Below, piece by piece: positions 38,315-47,614 of a stretch of DNA of 64,000 nt. Within the stretch, counting starts at the first letter, position 1. The number at the start of each line of letters is the position of its first letter. The position numbers and the translations under genes were made by a program. The stretch comes from an uncultured Bacteriovoracaceae bacterium (GTDB lineage: Bacteria; Bdellovibrionota; Bacteriovoracia; Bacteriovoracales; Bacteriovoracaceae): contig CAXGUD010000018.1 of the NCBI GenBank assembly GCA_964012805.1, forward strand, positions 18,802 through 82,801, read 5' to 3'. The notes under the pieces were generated by a model. That model was not told the origin of the DNA. It was given only the letters and a program-made list of their open reading frames with translations, and ran no database searches.

Positions 38315-41300
38315 TTGCGGGATAGTCAAGAACTACCTTTTGAGTTTCTGCGTTCTTTATTAAGTGATTTTAAAAAATCAAAAGGGTTAAAATTTGAGCT
38401 CTTTCAAATTAATCTTGAAAAAGATTTAAATTCAGACCTAACTTATGAATCCTTTTTAGATAATTTTTTAAAAGAAAATAAAAAGGCCCTCAAAAATAAA
38501 AAATTTGATCATACTATTAATATTTTTTTAGTGGAAAATCATTTTTTAAACCCCATTCTTAAAACGAGTCATTTTGAAAAAGACATCTTCCTAACTCTTG
38601 AAAGTGATTTAGAAAAAAGAGGTCTTAAGGAAAAAGACAAGATAAAAAAAGAAACAGAAAATAAGGCTCACATAAAAGTCACTACATCTGATTTTAAAAG
38701 GGCCCTCGAAGTCATTTTTATTAATAGTGAAATGTTCAAAAGTTTTTTTCACCCCTCTCATCAATTAGAAAGAGGCCTTTTAAAGGGAGTTTACGAGTTA
38801 AAAGGTTATGATCCTCTTTCTCTTTTAGAAACTGAAATTTTTAGAGAGGTTTATTTTTATTTAAAATTATATAAGATAGAACTTTCTTCTTTTTTTAAAA
38901 AGATAGAAAAGGACCACACTTATTTAATGAGAGTATGGAAATTATTTAAGCTAAATGAATCAGAAATTTTTAAAAAAGAAGAGGAATTTGATTATATAGA
39001 AAAAGTTATTTATCCCGAAGTTTTTAAAGACTATAAGAAAGGGGAAAAAATAAGGGTTTGGATCGTTGGTTTTGGTACTGGACAAGAATTTTTCAATTAT
39101 TTCTTGCCTTTTATAAACTATTGTAAAAAAAACAATTTTTTAAGTAACAATAACATTCAATTTGCAGCAACAGAACTAATTGGCTTCGAAGACAGCTTTG
39201 GGGTTGCCCCTTATTTAAAAGAATCTGACTATTTAAGGATTCCTAAAAAGTACAGGATATTTTTAGCAAAAAATGAAGAAGGGAAATACACTCTCTTTAA
39301 AAAGATAGGTGTTAATTATTTTATCTCAGGTAGGAATAATTTTATAAACAGTCTAGGTTTTTTTAATACAGATTTAATTGTTTTAAATAATCTTTTTACC
39401 CCATATAAAGATTATTATATAAAAAAAATTTTTGAAAAAGCTTCCTCTAGATTGAAAGATGGTGGGATTATTTTGTCTGATGAATTGTCTAAAAATAGTT
39501 CGGGCCTTCAAAAAATTATGAAAAAAGTAACTTGGTTAAAAGACAATAATTCTACTTTAAAAGGCCTAATATTTAAAAAAAATGAGAGTAGCATAGGTGA
39601 ATTTCAAACTATTGACAAAAACTCAATCGAGGAAATACAAGACAGTTTAAATAGAAATCAAGCAAAGTTTCAAAAGGGTAGGGAAAGAATCCAAGAGGCC
39701 CAGAGAGTAATTGAAAGATATAAAGTTTATCCAAATGATCCAGTGGGATCTGCTTTAAAGATAAAAAAAGAACTTATGGAAACCGCAGGTTATATTGATT
39801 TAAAAAAAGAAAATGAAGAACTTAGGGAGACTCTTAGAAGTCTTGAAAAAAGTTACGCACTAACATATAAAGTGCAGTTGATAAATTATAAAAAAATGGA
39901 AGAGGCCAATTTAAAATTAGAGGATATGAAAAACAACCTTGTTAAAAATTTAATTAATAAAACAGAGGAGCTTGAAAAATTAAATGAAGTTTTAAGTCAA
40001 TTTGAAAAAGACCGGACATTTTTCTATTCAAAATTAAGCCATGATTTAAGAACTCCCCTAAATAGCGTTCTTGGGTTTTCTGATGTGGCGATGGAGGGGA
40101 TTAATGATTTGGAAAGTGAACAGATTTTTGAGTACCTTAGTTATATAAATAAAAGTGGAAAATCCCTTTTAAATCTTGTTAACTCAATCTACGAATTTAC
40201 AAAAGTAGATTTAGAAAAACTTAAAATTGTTGACGAAAATTTTTCCACCCAACAGTTTCTAGATGAACTCCAGGCACTCCACGAAAATAATTGCGTGATA
40301 AAAGGACTTCGTTTTGAGTTAAATAAGGGGTCAAATCTCCCCACTTATTTAAAGGCCGACCAATCCAAAATGAGGCAGGTTTTAGATAACTTAATAGATA
40401 ATGCTGTTAAGTTTACAGATGAAGGCCTTGTTTCTTTAGATGTTCAAGCTTATTACTATGCTGGTAAGGAAGATCAGTTTGACCTTGTTTTTGAGGTTTC
40501 TGACACGGGGAAAGGTATTGAAACGGATAAAACGAAACAAATTGAAAAAGAGTTTTCAAATCCTCTCGAAGAGGGGAATTTAGGAGAGAAGGGGAGCGGA
40601 ATAGGGCTTTACGTCTCTAAAAAAATCGTTGAAAAAATGAACGGTGAAATTGAAATCTCTTCGAAAAAAGGAAAGGGAACCCTTTTTACCGTTGTTTTTA
40701 AAGATGTTTATAAAGGAGAAAGTGAAGTTTTTGAAGATGATAGTCTTAGCACTAACTTTTTAGGCCAAGAAGTCATTATTTTGGATAAAAGTCAAAGTGG
40801 CAGGATCCTTTTAATGACTTATTTGGATGGTACCAACTTAAAGATTGAAACGGCCCAGAATCAAAAAGAGCTCTACCAAAAAGTTAAAAGAACGAACCCC
40901 TCTCTTATTTTATGTGATGTTTCCCTTCCTATGGAAGAAAAGCTGGAATCTATTTTAGAAATTAAAGAAGATGAAAAATATAAAGATATACCCATTATCC
41001 TTCTTTCTTCAGTTTCCATCTCTGAAGATGTTTCGATTAATTTTCAAGGGATTTTACAAAAGCCTCTTTCAAAGAAGTTTCTTTTAAACGAATTTAAAAA
41101 ACATTTAAAATTTGAAAGTCTTAGTAAAGAACAAGCCGGGGAGACAAGCAAGAAGATCGAGGAGAGTAAAGAATTTCTAAAAGAGACTGATGAAAAGACC
41201 TCAATAAATAAGATAGGTCTATTTCCTGTGATAAAGGATATCTATTTTAATGAGGAAGAAGTTAAATTAATAAAGCATTTGGTCATTGATTTGACTTACT

Positions 41301-41530
41301 TTTTAAAATACATGGATATTAATGTCCTTGAAGAAAAGTTACTAAGCTATAAAAACTCGATAGAAGAAACAAAGCTTTCTCACACTAAAGAGTGGGTTGA
41401 AAGTGTTATGACCTTATCAAATCAATTTGAGGTTGATCAATTAAAAAAAGAAATAGAGGGCGCCGTAAAAAAACTAGAGTCCTATATCTTAAAAGAGGCC
41501 AAAGCCTCTACAAATAGAAAGGCCTCCTAA
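38315..41530 (+). CDS. Hybrid histidine kinase: degenerate CheR-like domain, coiled coil, HisKA, HATPase, receiver
   Basis: SHDLRTPLNSVLGF H-box, NLIDNAVKFT, DTGKGI, GSGIGL; receiver LILCDVSLP; upstream IRVWIVGFGTGQE, AATEL, DLIVLNN, LKDGG CheR-like motifs. TTG start uncertain. Confidence 0.88.
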   Translation: MRDSQELPFEFLRSLLSDFKKSKGLKFELFQINLEKDLNSDLTYESFLDNFLKENKKALKNKKFDHTINIFLVENHFLNPILKTSHFEKDIFLTLESDLEKRGLKEKDKIKKETENKAHIKVTTSDFKRALEVIFINSEMFKSFFHPSHQLERGLLKGVYELKGYDPLSLLETEIFREVYFYLKLYKIELSSFFKKIEKDHTYLMRVWKLFKLNESEIFKKEEEFDYIEKVIYPEVFKDYKKGEKIRVWIVGFGTGQEFFNYFLPFINYCKKNNFLSNNNIQFAATELIGFEDSFGVAPYLKESDYLRIPKKYRIFLAKNEEGKYTLFKKIGVNYFISGRNNFINSLGFFNTDLIVLNNLFTPYKDYYIKKIFEKASSRLKDGGIILSDELSKNSSGLQKIMKKVTWLKDNNSTLKGLIFKKNESSIGEFQTIDKNSIEEIQDSLNRNQAKFQKGRERIQEAQRVIERYKVYPNDPVGSALKIKKELMETAGYIDLKKENEELRETLRSLEKSYALTYKVQLINYKKMEEANLKLEDMKNNLVKNLINKTEELEKLNEVLSQFEKDRTFFYSKLSHDLRTPLNSVLGFSDVAMEGINDLESEQIFEYLSYINKSGKSLLNLVNSIYEFTKVDLEKLKIVDENFSTQQFLDELQALHENNCVIKGLRFELNKGSNLPTYLKADQSKMRQVLDNLIDNAVKFTDEGLVSLDVQAYYYAGKEDQFDLVFEVSDTGKGIETDKTKQIEKEFSNPLEEGNLGEKGSGIGLYVSKKIVEKMNGEIEISSKKGKGTLFTVVFKDVYKGESEVFEDDSLSTNFLGQEVIILDKSQSGRILLMTYLDGTNLKIETAQNQKELYQKVKRTNPSLILCDVSLPMEEKLESILEIKEDEKYKDIPIILLSSVSISEDVSINFQGILQKPLSKKFLLNEFKKHLKFESLSKEQAGETSKKIEESKEFLKETDEKTSINKIGLFPVIKDIYFNEEEVKLIKHLVIDLTYFLKYMDINVLEEKLLSYKNSIEETKLSHTKEWVESVMTLSNQFEVDQLKKEIEGAVKKLESYILKEAKASTNRKAS

Positions 41531-43587
41531 AGCGGTAATCCAAGTTCTAATTTACTTATTGAAAGTTTATTTTGATCGTCCTCTTTAGGGTATTCAATTC
41601 TTTTGTAATCGTAGGGCTGAATAGAGGGAGAGAGCTGGACCGTCCTCATGGTTTTAAAGAGGTGATGTTTTGAGCCATCACCAAAAGAATAGAGGAGCCC
41701 CTTATGTCCTTCCGCATTTAAAAGGGCAAAAATATTAACAAAGGAGGAAAGGTCTTCGCCTTTTAAAAGGTGGAGAAAAAAACCTAACCCCAAACTTTTA
41801 AAAAGAGGAGATGCCCTAAGCCCCATAAACTTTCTAATATGCTTTTTTACACCTTTGCCTGTCGTATACCTTTGCCCAGGCCTTGTGTTGAGGATGAGCT
41901 CTATTTTTTTGAGCATTCTTCTAATGCTTATTTTATTTTGAAGGAGGATTTTTGAGTATTTGGGTGACTTAAGAAGGCCTCTTTCTTTTAATCCTCTAGA
42001 AAACTTTTTGTATTCGTGGCGGAGGGTTTGGTAGTCCATGCCCCAAAGCTCCTGGAAAACGTCTTTACTTAAAAGAATTTGCATCATAGAGAGGGAGTTT
42101 TTTAAAGGCCCTCTTTCTTTTCTTCTTAACTCTTTTAAGTGATCAGGCCAAGAAATACTCTCGTATAAATGTTCAGGGAGGTTTAATTGAAGCCTGGTTT
42201 GAAACTTTTTTAAATCCTTTTTTGAAAAACTAAAATCCCTGTCAAAAAAGAGAGTCCCAAAACTGTCAAAGGTCTTGATATTTTTGTCTTTATCCAATTC
42301 ATAAAGGGCCGAAAGAAGGAAAAAATTAAACTTTGAGAGCTTACCTAAAATGAGCCCACTCCGCTTAATCGCCATATAAGAAGGGAAGTAGTAAAGCTTC
42401 TCCTCATTAAATTCATTGAGGGAGGTGATCAGCTGGCGGGAATAAAGAGAAGTGAGACTCGTTGATGCAACGATTGCACTCAATTTCATAAAGGCACTTG
42501 TCGTGTGAGCGTCAATGGTCCCCTTAAAAATCCTCATGATCCTCCTTTCTTCTAGAGGCTTCGAGCTGTCTTCTTTTGAAAGCTTATCCGCTTTGGTCAT
42601 CATGGAGATAAGGGGGCGGCTTGAAGAAAGTTTACCTTTATGAAAAGGGTTAAAGTGCTTCTTGAGTTTAAACTTTAAAGTCGAACTTAAAATTTTATTA
42701 TAGGCATCTCTTCCGTCTGGGTCGTTAAAATTAAAAACGTAGTCCAAGATAAACTGGTTTTTCTTTGTGTAGGAGATACCTAATGTTAAAAGGTCGAAGT
42801 GAAGGACATTATTAATAAGTCCATCAACAAAGTTAATATTGGTGAGTGTGTAGGCCTGGGTGCTATAGGCCGTGCCGGTAAGCCCTTTTTCAGAAATGGA
42901 CTCAATCTTTAAGCGGAACCGTCCTTCAGTTAAGGCAATAATAGAAATTTTAAACACACCGCTTAAAAAAAATTGACCAGAAAGCCCGGCCAAAATGGGG
43001 GCGGGAGGAAACAATTGGGCGATATTAGCTCCAAGGGCCAGGCTTAGGGTCGTGGGGAAGCTAAAAATATCCCCAGGTCTCATATTTTTAAGCGCCGATT
43101 TGTCGCTAAAAGGGAAAAAAGGCTTCATCAAGGCGCCGGCCTCTTTGGCCTCCTCCATGGACTTGAACCTTCTTTTATAAGAAAGTTCTGATTTGTCGCT
43201 AATATTTAGAAAAAGAGGAAGTCCCTGAAAGAGGTCTCCAGGAGCTATACTATAACCTAATTTAAAAGTGTCCGTTCGAACAAAGGTCATCCCGTCGTAG
43301 CTCGTTTTGTAATTGTAGCCAAGGCCTAGATCAAGGCCAGCCTTTTTGTTAAGGGCGATAGGAGGTAAGTCTAGGGGAATGTCCCAATCTGGCCCAAAGA
43401 GGAGGTCTTTAATTTTTGAAAGGGAGGATTTTATCTTTTTATAGGGTTTTTTCTTTTCACTTCCCGTTTTGGAATTTTTTTGAAAAGACGCTTTTTCAAG
43501 AAGTGAGGATAGCTCCGGCCCTTCCGCTAGCGAATAGGAGGAAAACATGAAAAAAACTAGGCATAAAAAAATACGGTGTGTCATCAA
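41527..43587 (-). CDS. Exported hypothetical protein, 686 aa
   Basis: Signal peptide (..SLA); beta-rich N-half and helical C-half; no motif recognised. Confidence 0.7.
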   Translation of the reverse strand: MMTHRIFLCLVFFMFSSYSLAEGPELSSLLEKASFQKNSKTGSEKKKPYKKIKSSLSKIKDLLFGPDWDIPLDLPPIALNKKAGLDLGLGYNYKTSYDGMTFVRTDTFKLGYSIAPGDLFQGLPLFLNISDKSELSYKRRFKSMEEAKEAGALMKPFFPFSDKSALKNMRPGDIFSFPTTLSLALGANIAQLFPPAPILAGLSGQFFLSGVFKISIIALTEGRFRLKIESISEKGLTGTAYSTQAYTLTNINFVDGLINNVLHFDLLTLGISYTKKNQFILDYVFNFNDPDGRDAYNKILSSTLKFKLKKHFNPFHKGKLSSSRPLISMMTKADKLSKEDSSKPLEERRIMRIFKGTIDAHTTSAFMKLSAIVASTSLTSLYSRQLITSLNEFNEEKLYYFPSYMAIKRSGLILGKLSKFNFFLLSALYELDKDKNIKTFDSFGTLFFDRDFSFSKKDLKKFQTRLQLNLPEHLYESISWPDHLKELRRKERGPLKNSLSMMQILLSKDVFQELWGMDYQTLRHEYKKFSRGLKERGLLKSPKYSKILLQNKISIRRMLKKIELILNTRPGQRYTTGKGVKKHIRKFMGLRASPLFKSLGLGFFLHLLKGEDLSSFVNIFALLNAEGHKGLLYSFGDGSKHHLFKTMRTVQLSPSIQPYDYKRIEYPKEDDQNKLSISKLELGLPL

Positions 43588-43627
43588 TCCTCACCTAAAA
43601 GCTCATAAGAGTTAAAAAGGGACCTGT

Positions 43628-44557
43628 TTAATCTTTGGAATTCCAGACGTTTTTAACAGTAAAGACCATTCCAGAGATGTCACGGGTTTTGTTTGAAGCA
43701 TTAATAACGGACCAGGGAAGGTAAGGCAAGTCATCTACCTTAACAACCATCATTCTTGTCGTTAAAACAAGAGTCCCACCGCCTTTTAAAGGCCAGTTTT
43801 GGACAAGAAAAAGACCTCCTTGAATGAGCTGTTTTTCTTCCATGAGCTTTAAAAAGAAGACTTTTTCAGGTGCCCCAAGTTTTCCCATATATTTTGGGTG
43901 GAAGTAATTATTAATTTCCTTGGAAGATGTGCTTGTCCCAATTTGAGTTTTTTTATCGATAGCGAAGTAGACTCCTTCAAATTTAACTGTTCCAATTTTA
44001 AGCGCTCCCATATTAAGAGCAGTGACAAAGGTATTAGCAGAGTAAGGGCACTCAGAGTCAACATAACTCTTTTTGAGTTTTTCAAGGCCCAGAATTGTTT
44101 TTTGTAAAAAGGAACTAGAAGTCATTCTCTTGAGGGTGTAATAGTCGATATTTTTCCGAGGAGTGATATAGGCATAACGAAAAACGCTGATGGCCCTTTT
44201 TTTCATTTTATTATAACCGAAGACGTCAAGGCGACCAAAAGGAGAGCTTCGAAATTTTTCCATCATTTTATCGGTGTAGACAGCGTTAGAGTATTGGACG
44301 TAGCCTTGGGCAAGTTTTTGAGGGTCAACGGCAAAATCTATTTCCCTCTCTTCTACAATTTTAATGTCATTGGGATAGAGGGCCTTGGTTCTAACTGTTA
44401 ATGGCTTCGTTTTAAGCTTTTTAAGCCACGACTTTTTCTTTTGAGTTAAGCAGGGAATGTACTTCTTTTTTTTGGATTTGGCCTCTACCGAACTAAGATT
44501 TAACAAAAGGGAGAGGGTAAAGAGACAAAAGACCAAAGACTTGTTTAGACCCATCAT
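43628..44557 (-). CDS. Exported hypothetical protein
   Basis: Signal peptide (..VEA) followed by a Lys run; upstream of and co-oriented with 41527..43587. Confidence 0.7.
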   Translation of the reverse strand: MMGLNKSLVFCLFTLSLLLNLSSVEAKSKKKKYIPCLTQKKKSWLKKLKTKPLTVRTKALYPNDIKIVEEREIDFAVDPQKLAQGYVQYSNAVYTDKMMEKFRSSPFGRLDVFGYNKMKKRAISVFRYAYITPRKNIDYYTLKRMTSSSFLQKTILGLEKLKKSYVDSECPYSANTFVTALNMGALKIGTVKFEGVYFAIDKKTQIGTSTSSKEINNYFHPKYMGKLGAPEKVFFLKLMEEKQLIQGGLFLVQNWPLKGGGTLVLTTRMMVVKVDDLPYLPWSVINASNKTRDISGMVFTVKNVWNSKD

Positions 44558-44615
44558 TCTTTTTTTCCTTTTTATATTCTTTTTACAACCTATATTATAG
44601 AATTAGAATGATGAT

Positions 44616-44645
44616 TAAATAAAGATAAATAAAGATAAATTAAGA
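44616..44645. repeat. Three 10-bp tandem direct repeats in a divergent promoter
   Basis: TAAATAAAGA TAAATAAAGA TAAATTAAGA. Confidence 0.6.
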
Positions 44646-44678
44646 CCTCTTTTTTAGAGAATTCTAAGGATATAGGAT

Positions 44679-45557
44679 ATGAGAAAAAGCTTTTATCTTG
44701 AAAAGTATCTTATGGATAATGACATACTCACTAAAGATCAGGCCTTGAATTTGATGGTTGAGAGGATTAAAAAGGGGCCTATTTTTGAAGAAGTGGCTTT
44801 GAAGATGAATTTTATCGATCAGCATTCCCTCCTTCAAATTTTAAAGCTTAAATATCATTTCAAAGGTCTCTCAGCTGAAGAAATTGCTCTTCACAACAAA
44901 ATGATTGATAAAGAACAGATGGCAAAAATTAGAGATGAAATTTTGGAGCATTTACCTAGGGCCGAAACAATCCTTGAGAAGTCTTCAAATGTAGATAAAA
45001 ATGTGTTGGAAGAGGCCGTCAAAAAGACTGATGGAAGGATTGATGAAATTGATAAGAGAGGGGCAGACTTAAAAAGAATAAAAACATTTTCAAAGTTAAG
45101 TCAGAGGGACCTCTTCGACCTCGCCGATTTGGCCGTTTGCAAGTCTTTTGGTAAAGGGGAGAAGATCATAGAAGATGGTGGCCAGGCGGACCATTTCTAT
45201 TTCCTTACTAAGGGGGATGTGAAGGTCACAAAGCCAAATGAGGACCATGAAAAACCCGATATCTTTATTACGACGATTTCTTCCCCAGAAATATTTGGTG
45301 AATCGAGTATTTTTGAGGAAGAAAAAAGAAAGGCCCATGTTGTAGCAGAAAATGATGTAGAAGTTTATCAGTTTGATAGAATGGACTTCTTGGCCTTTTT
45401 AAATTCCCACTTGGAGGCGTCTCTTCCGATTCTTTTAGATATTGTACAAAGGCTATTAAAAAGGATTGGGGATACCAATAGAGAACTGGCTTTTGAAAGA
45501 AAGGACTTTGTAGACCAAAGCTCTGTTGATGATCTTTTGGAACAACTTTTGCCTTAA
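44679..45557 (+). CDS. Cyclic-nucleotide-binding domain protein with N-terminal degenerate MshEN-like repeats, no Crp HTH
   Basis: F.KGE.IIEDG..ADHFYFL.KG.V.V, phosphate-binding cassette FGESSIF....R.A.VVA; N-terminal L....+...+I..+Q repeats. Confidence 0.85.
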   Translation: MRKSFYLEKYLMDNDILTKDQALNLMVERIKKGPIFEEVALKMNFIDQHSLLQILKLKYHFKGLSAEEIALHNKMIDKEQMAKIRDEILEHLPRAETILEKSSNVDKNVLEEAVKKTDGRIDEIDKRGADLKRIKTFSKLSQRDLFDLADLAVCKSFGKGEKIIEDGGQADHFYFLTKGDVKVTKPNEDHEKPDIFITTISSPEIFGESSIFEEEKRKAHVVAENDVEVYQFDRMDFLAFLNSHLEASLPILLDIVQRLLKRIGDTNRELAFERKDFVDQSSVDDLLEQLLP

Positions 45558-45607
45558 TCAAAAGAGAATTTATTTTTCATTTTAATTCGAGTGTAAAGGT
45601 CCTTTTA

Positions 45608-47470
45608 ATGTTTTTTAAAAGTTTAAAATTTACTTTGAAGGTAACGGCCCTATGGCCTTTAGCTTGTTATTTTGGATTTACTTTTTCCTACTTTTTTGTC
45701 GGCCTAAAAGTTCATGAAGGGATTCTTGATTTAATGTTGGGAAGTGTAAGTGCGATCCTACTGCCTTTATTTATAATGATGTTTTTTGAAAGCAGATTTT
45801 TAAGAAAGGGCTGTCTTTCAATTTTTTACTTTTTTTATGTTTTTTTGGGTGTTTACCGTTTTACGATAAAAAGGCCTTTTGACTATAAACTCTTTATAGA
45901 TAATTTAAATATTCTTTTTTATTGGGAGGCCACGGATACAATTGGAGATAGAGTTTCTTTATTGGATATATTTTTCCTTTTAAGTTTGATTTCATTTGTT
46001 TTAGCTTTCGCCGTTTTTAAAAATAAAAAAGTCAATGTTGAAGTTCCTTTGAAAAAAGGTACCGCTATTTTTATTCTTCTTTTTTATTTTGGGCTTCTCT
46101 ATTCCCCCAAAAGTCAAGTCGATGAAGTGGGCCTAGTGGTTAAAGATATGATCGCTTTTTATAATAGGCCTATGAAAATTGGAGAAAAGGGAAAGAGTTT
46201 CTTAAAAAAAGAGTACCCTTTTTTAAAGCTAAAAAAAGAAAGTTCTCCTTTAATTAAGGAAAGGCCTCATATTTTTATCATTCCAATTGAGTCTTTTAAT
46301 GCTAATTTTGTTGAAAATAAAAATGAAAATGGCATGGAATACACACCTTTTTTTAACTCTCTTATAAAAAAGGGGATTTATGTAGAGCATTTTTATGGGG
46401 GCTCCATTCAAACGGCCAAAGGAGTTTTTTCCATTCTTTGCTCGATGATTCCTAAAAAGCACGGAAAAGTCTTTGAAATGCATACAGATGTAAACTTTCG
46501 TTGCTTGCCAGAAATTTTACAAGAATATGGTTACAAAAACCTCTACTATCAAAGTTACCGTGATATTAATTTTGATAACACTAAAAATTTTTTAAAGCGT
46601 AATAATTTTGAGGTTATTGAGTCGTTAAATGTAGATGAATTAACAGAAAGAGAAAGAAGAGAAAATATATGGGGATGGGGCCCTCAGGATGATCTTCTTT
46701 ATAAATATGTATTTAAAAAATTAGATCAAAAATGGAAAATTCAAAAAAAAGAAAAGGGAATTAAAAGGCCTTTTTTTGTGACTCTTCAAGGCATTTCTAG
46801 TCATATGACTTTTCACTGGATTCCTGAAAAACAAAGATACCTTTATAAAGACAATAAGAGTAAAAAAGAGAATTTTGCCAATGCTATCCGCGTTGTTGAC
46901 AATTATTTAAAAACTTTTTTTGAAGAGTTAAAAAACCGTGATTATTTAAAAAACTCTATTGTTGTACTAACTGGTGATCACAGTTTTCCAAATGGAGAGC
47001 ATGATATTTACCATAATGAAACAGGCTTTTTCGAAGAGTTTTTTAGAGTTCCTTTGCTCATATTGCCAGGTAATTACCATAAACCCTTAAGGGTAAAAGA
47101 GAAAAGTTACTCCCAAGTTGATATTGCACCGACTTTATTGGACTTAATAAATATTCAAACCTCCCATAGTTTTCAAGGAAGTTCGATCTTAAGTGGCAAA
47201 AAGACTTTTCAATTTTTAGTTCAGCCTTATTCCGGTACATTTCTTGGAGTGGTAGATTATCCTTTCAAATATGTTTTTCATGAAAAAACAGGAAAGGAGT
47301 TTTTATTTAACCTAAAAAATGACCCTCAAGAAAAATCAAACCTTCTTAGTTTAGCTAAAAGGAATGAGGAAATAGAACTTATTGCTTACAACTTAAGAAG
47401 TGAAAAAGATTTATTTTATGTAAATGATTTTATTATAGAGAAAAACCGAGTTTGGAAAAAGGCCCAATAA
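45608..47470 (+). CDS. LTA-synthase / sulfatase-like membrane phosphotransferase
   Basis: Five N-terminal TMs; IFIIPIESF, TPF, catalytic Thr in SIQTAKG, SSH, GDH, VPLLI, SQVDIAPT, DP.E..NL. Confidence 0.88.
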   Translation: MFFKSLKFTLKVTALWPLACYFGFTFSYFFVGLKVHEGILDLMLGSVSAILLPLFIMMFFESRFLRKGCLSIFYFFYVFLGVYRFTIKRPFDYKLFIDNLNILFYWEATDTIGDRVSLLDIFFLLSLISFVLAFAVFKNKKVNVEVPLKKGTAIFILLFYFGLLYSPKSQVDEVGLVVKDMIAFYNRPMKIGEKGKSFLKKEYPFLKLKKESSPLIKERPHIFIIPIESFNANFVENKNENGMEYTPFFNSLIKKGIYVEHFYGGSIQTAKGVFSILCSMIPKKHGKVFEMHTDVNFRCLPEILQEYGYKNLYYQSYRDINFDNTKNFLKRNNFEVIESLNVDELTERERRENIWGWGPQDDLLYKYVFKKLDQKWKIQKKEKGIKRPFFVTLQGISSHMTFHWIPEKQRYLYKDNKSKKENFANAIRVVDNYLKTFFEELKNRDYLKNSIVVLTGDHSFPNGEHDIYHNETGFFEEFFRVPLLILPGNYHKPLRVKEKSYSQVDIAPTLLDLINIQTSHSFQGSSILSGKKTFQFLVQPYSGTFLGVVDYPFKYVFHEKTGKEFLFNLKNDPQEKSNLLSLAKRNEEIELIAYNLRSEKDLFYVNDFIIEKNRVWKKAQ

Positions 47471-47614
47471 AATCCATTAAAGCACTCTCATAGAACCAAA
47501 TATATTTCATGAAATCATATAAAATTATGCAAAAAAACAGACTGGAGAACTCGGTTGATGGTGTAAAATCTATGATAATTTGAACGATTTTAAAAAGGTA
47601 ACAAAGAGTGAGTT

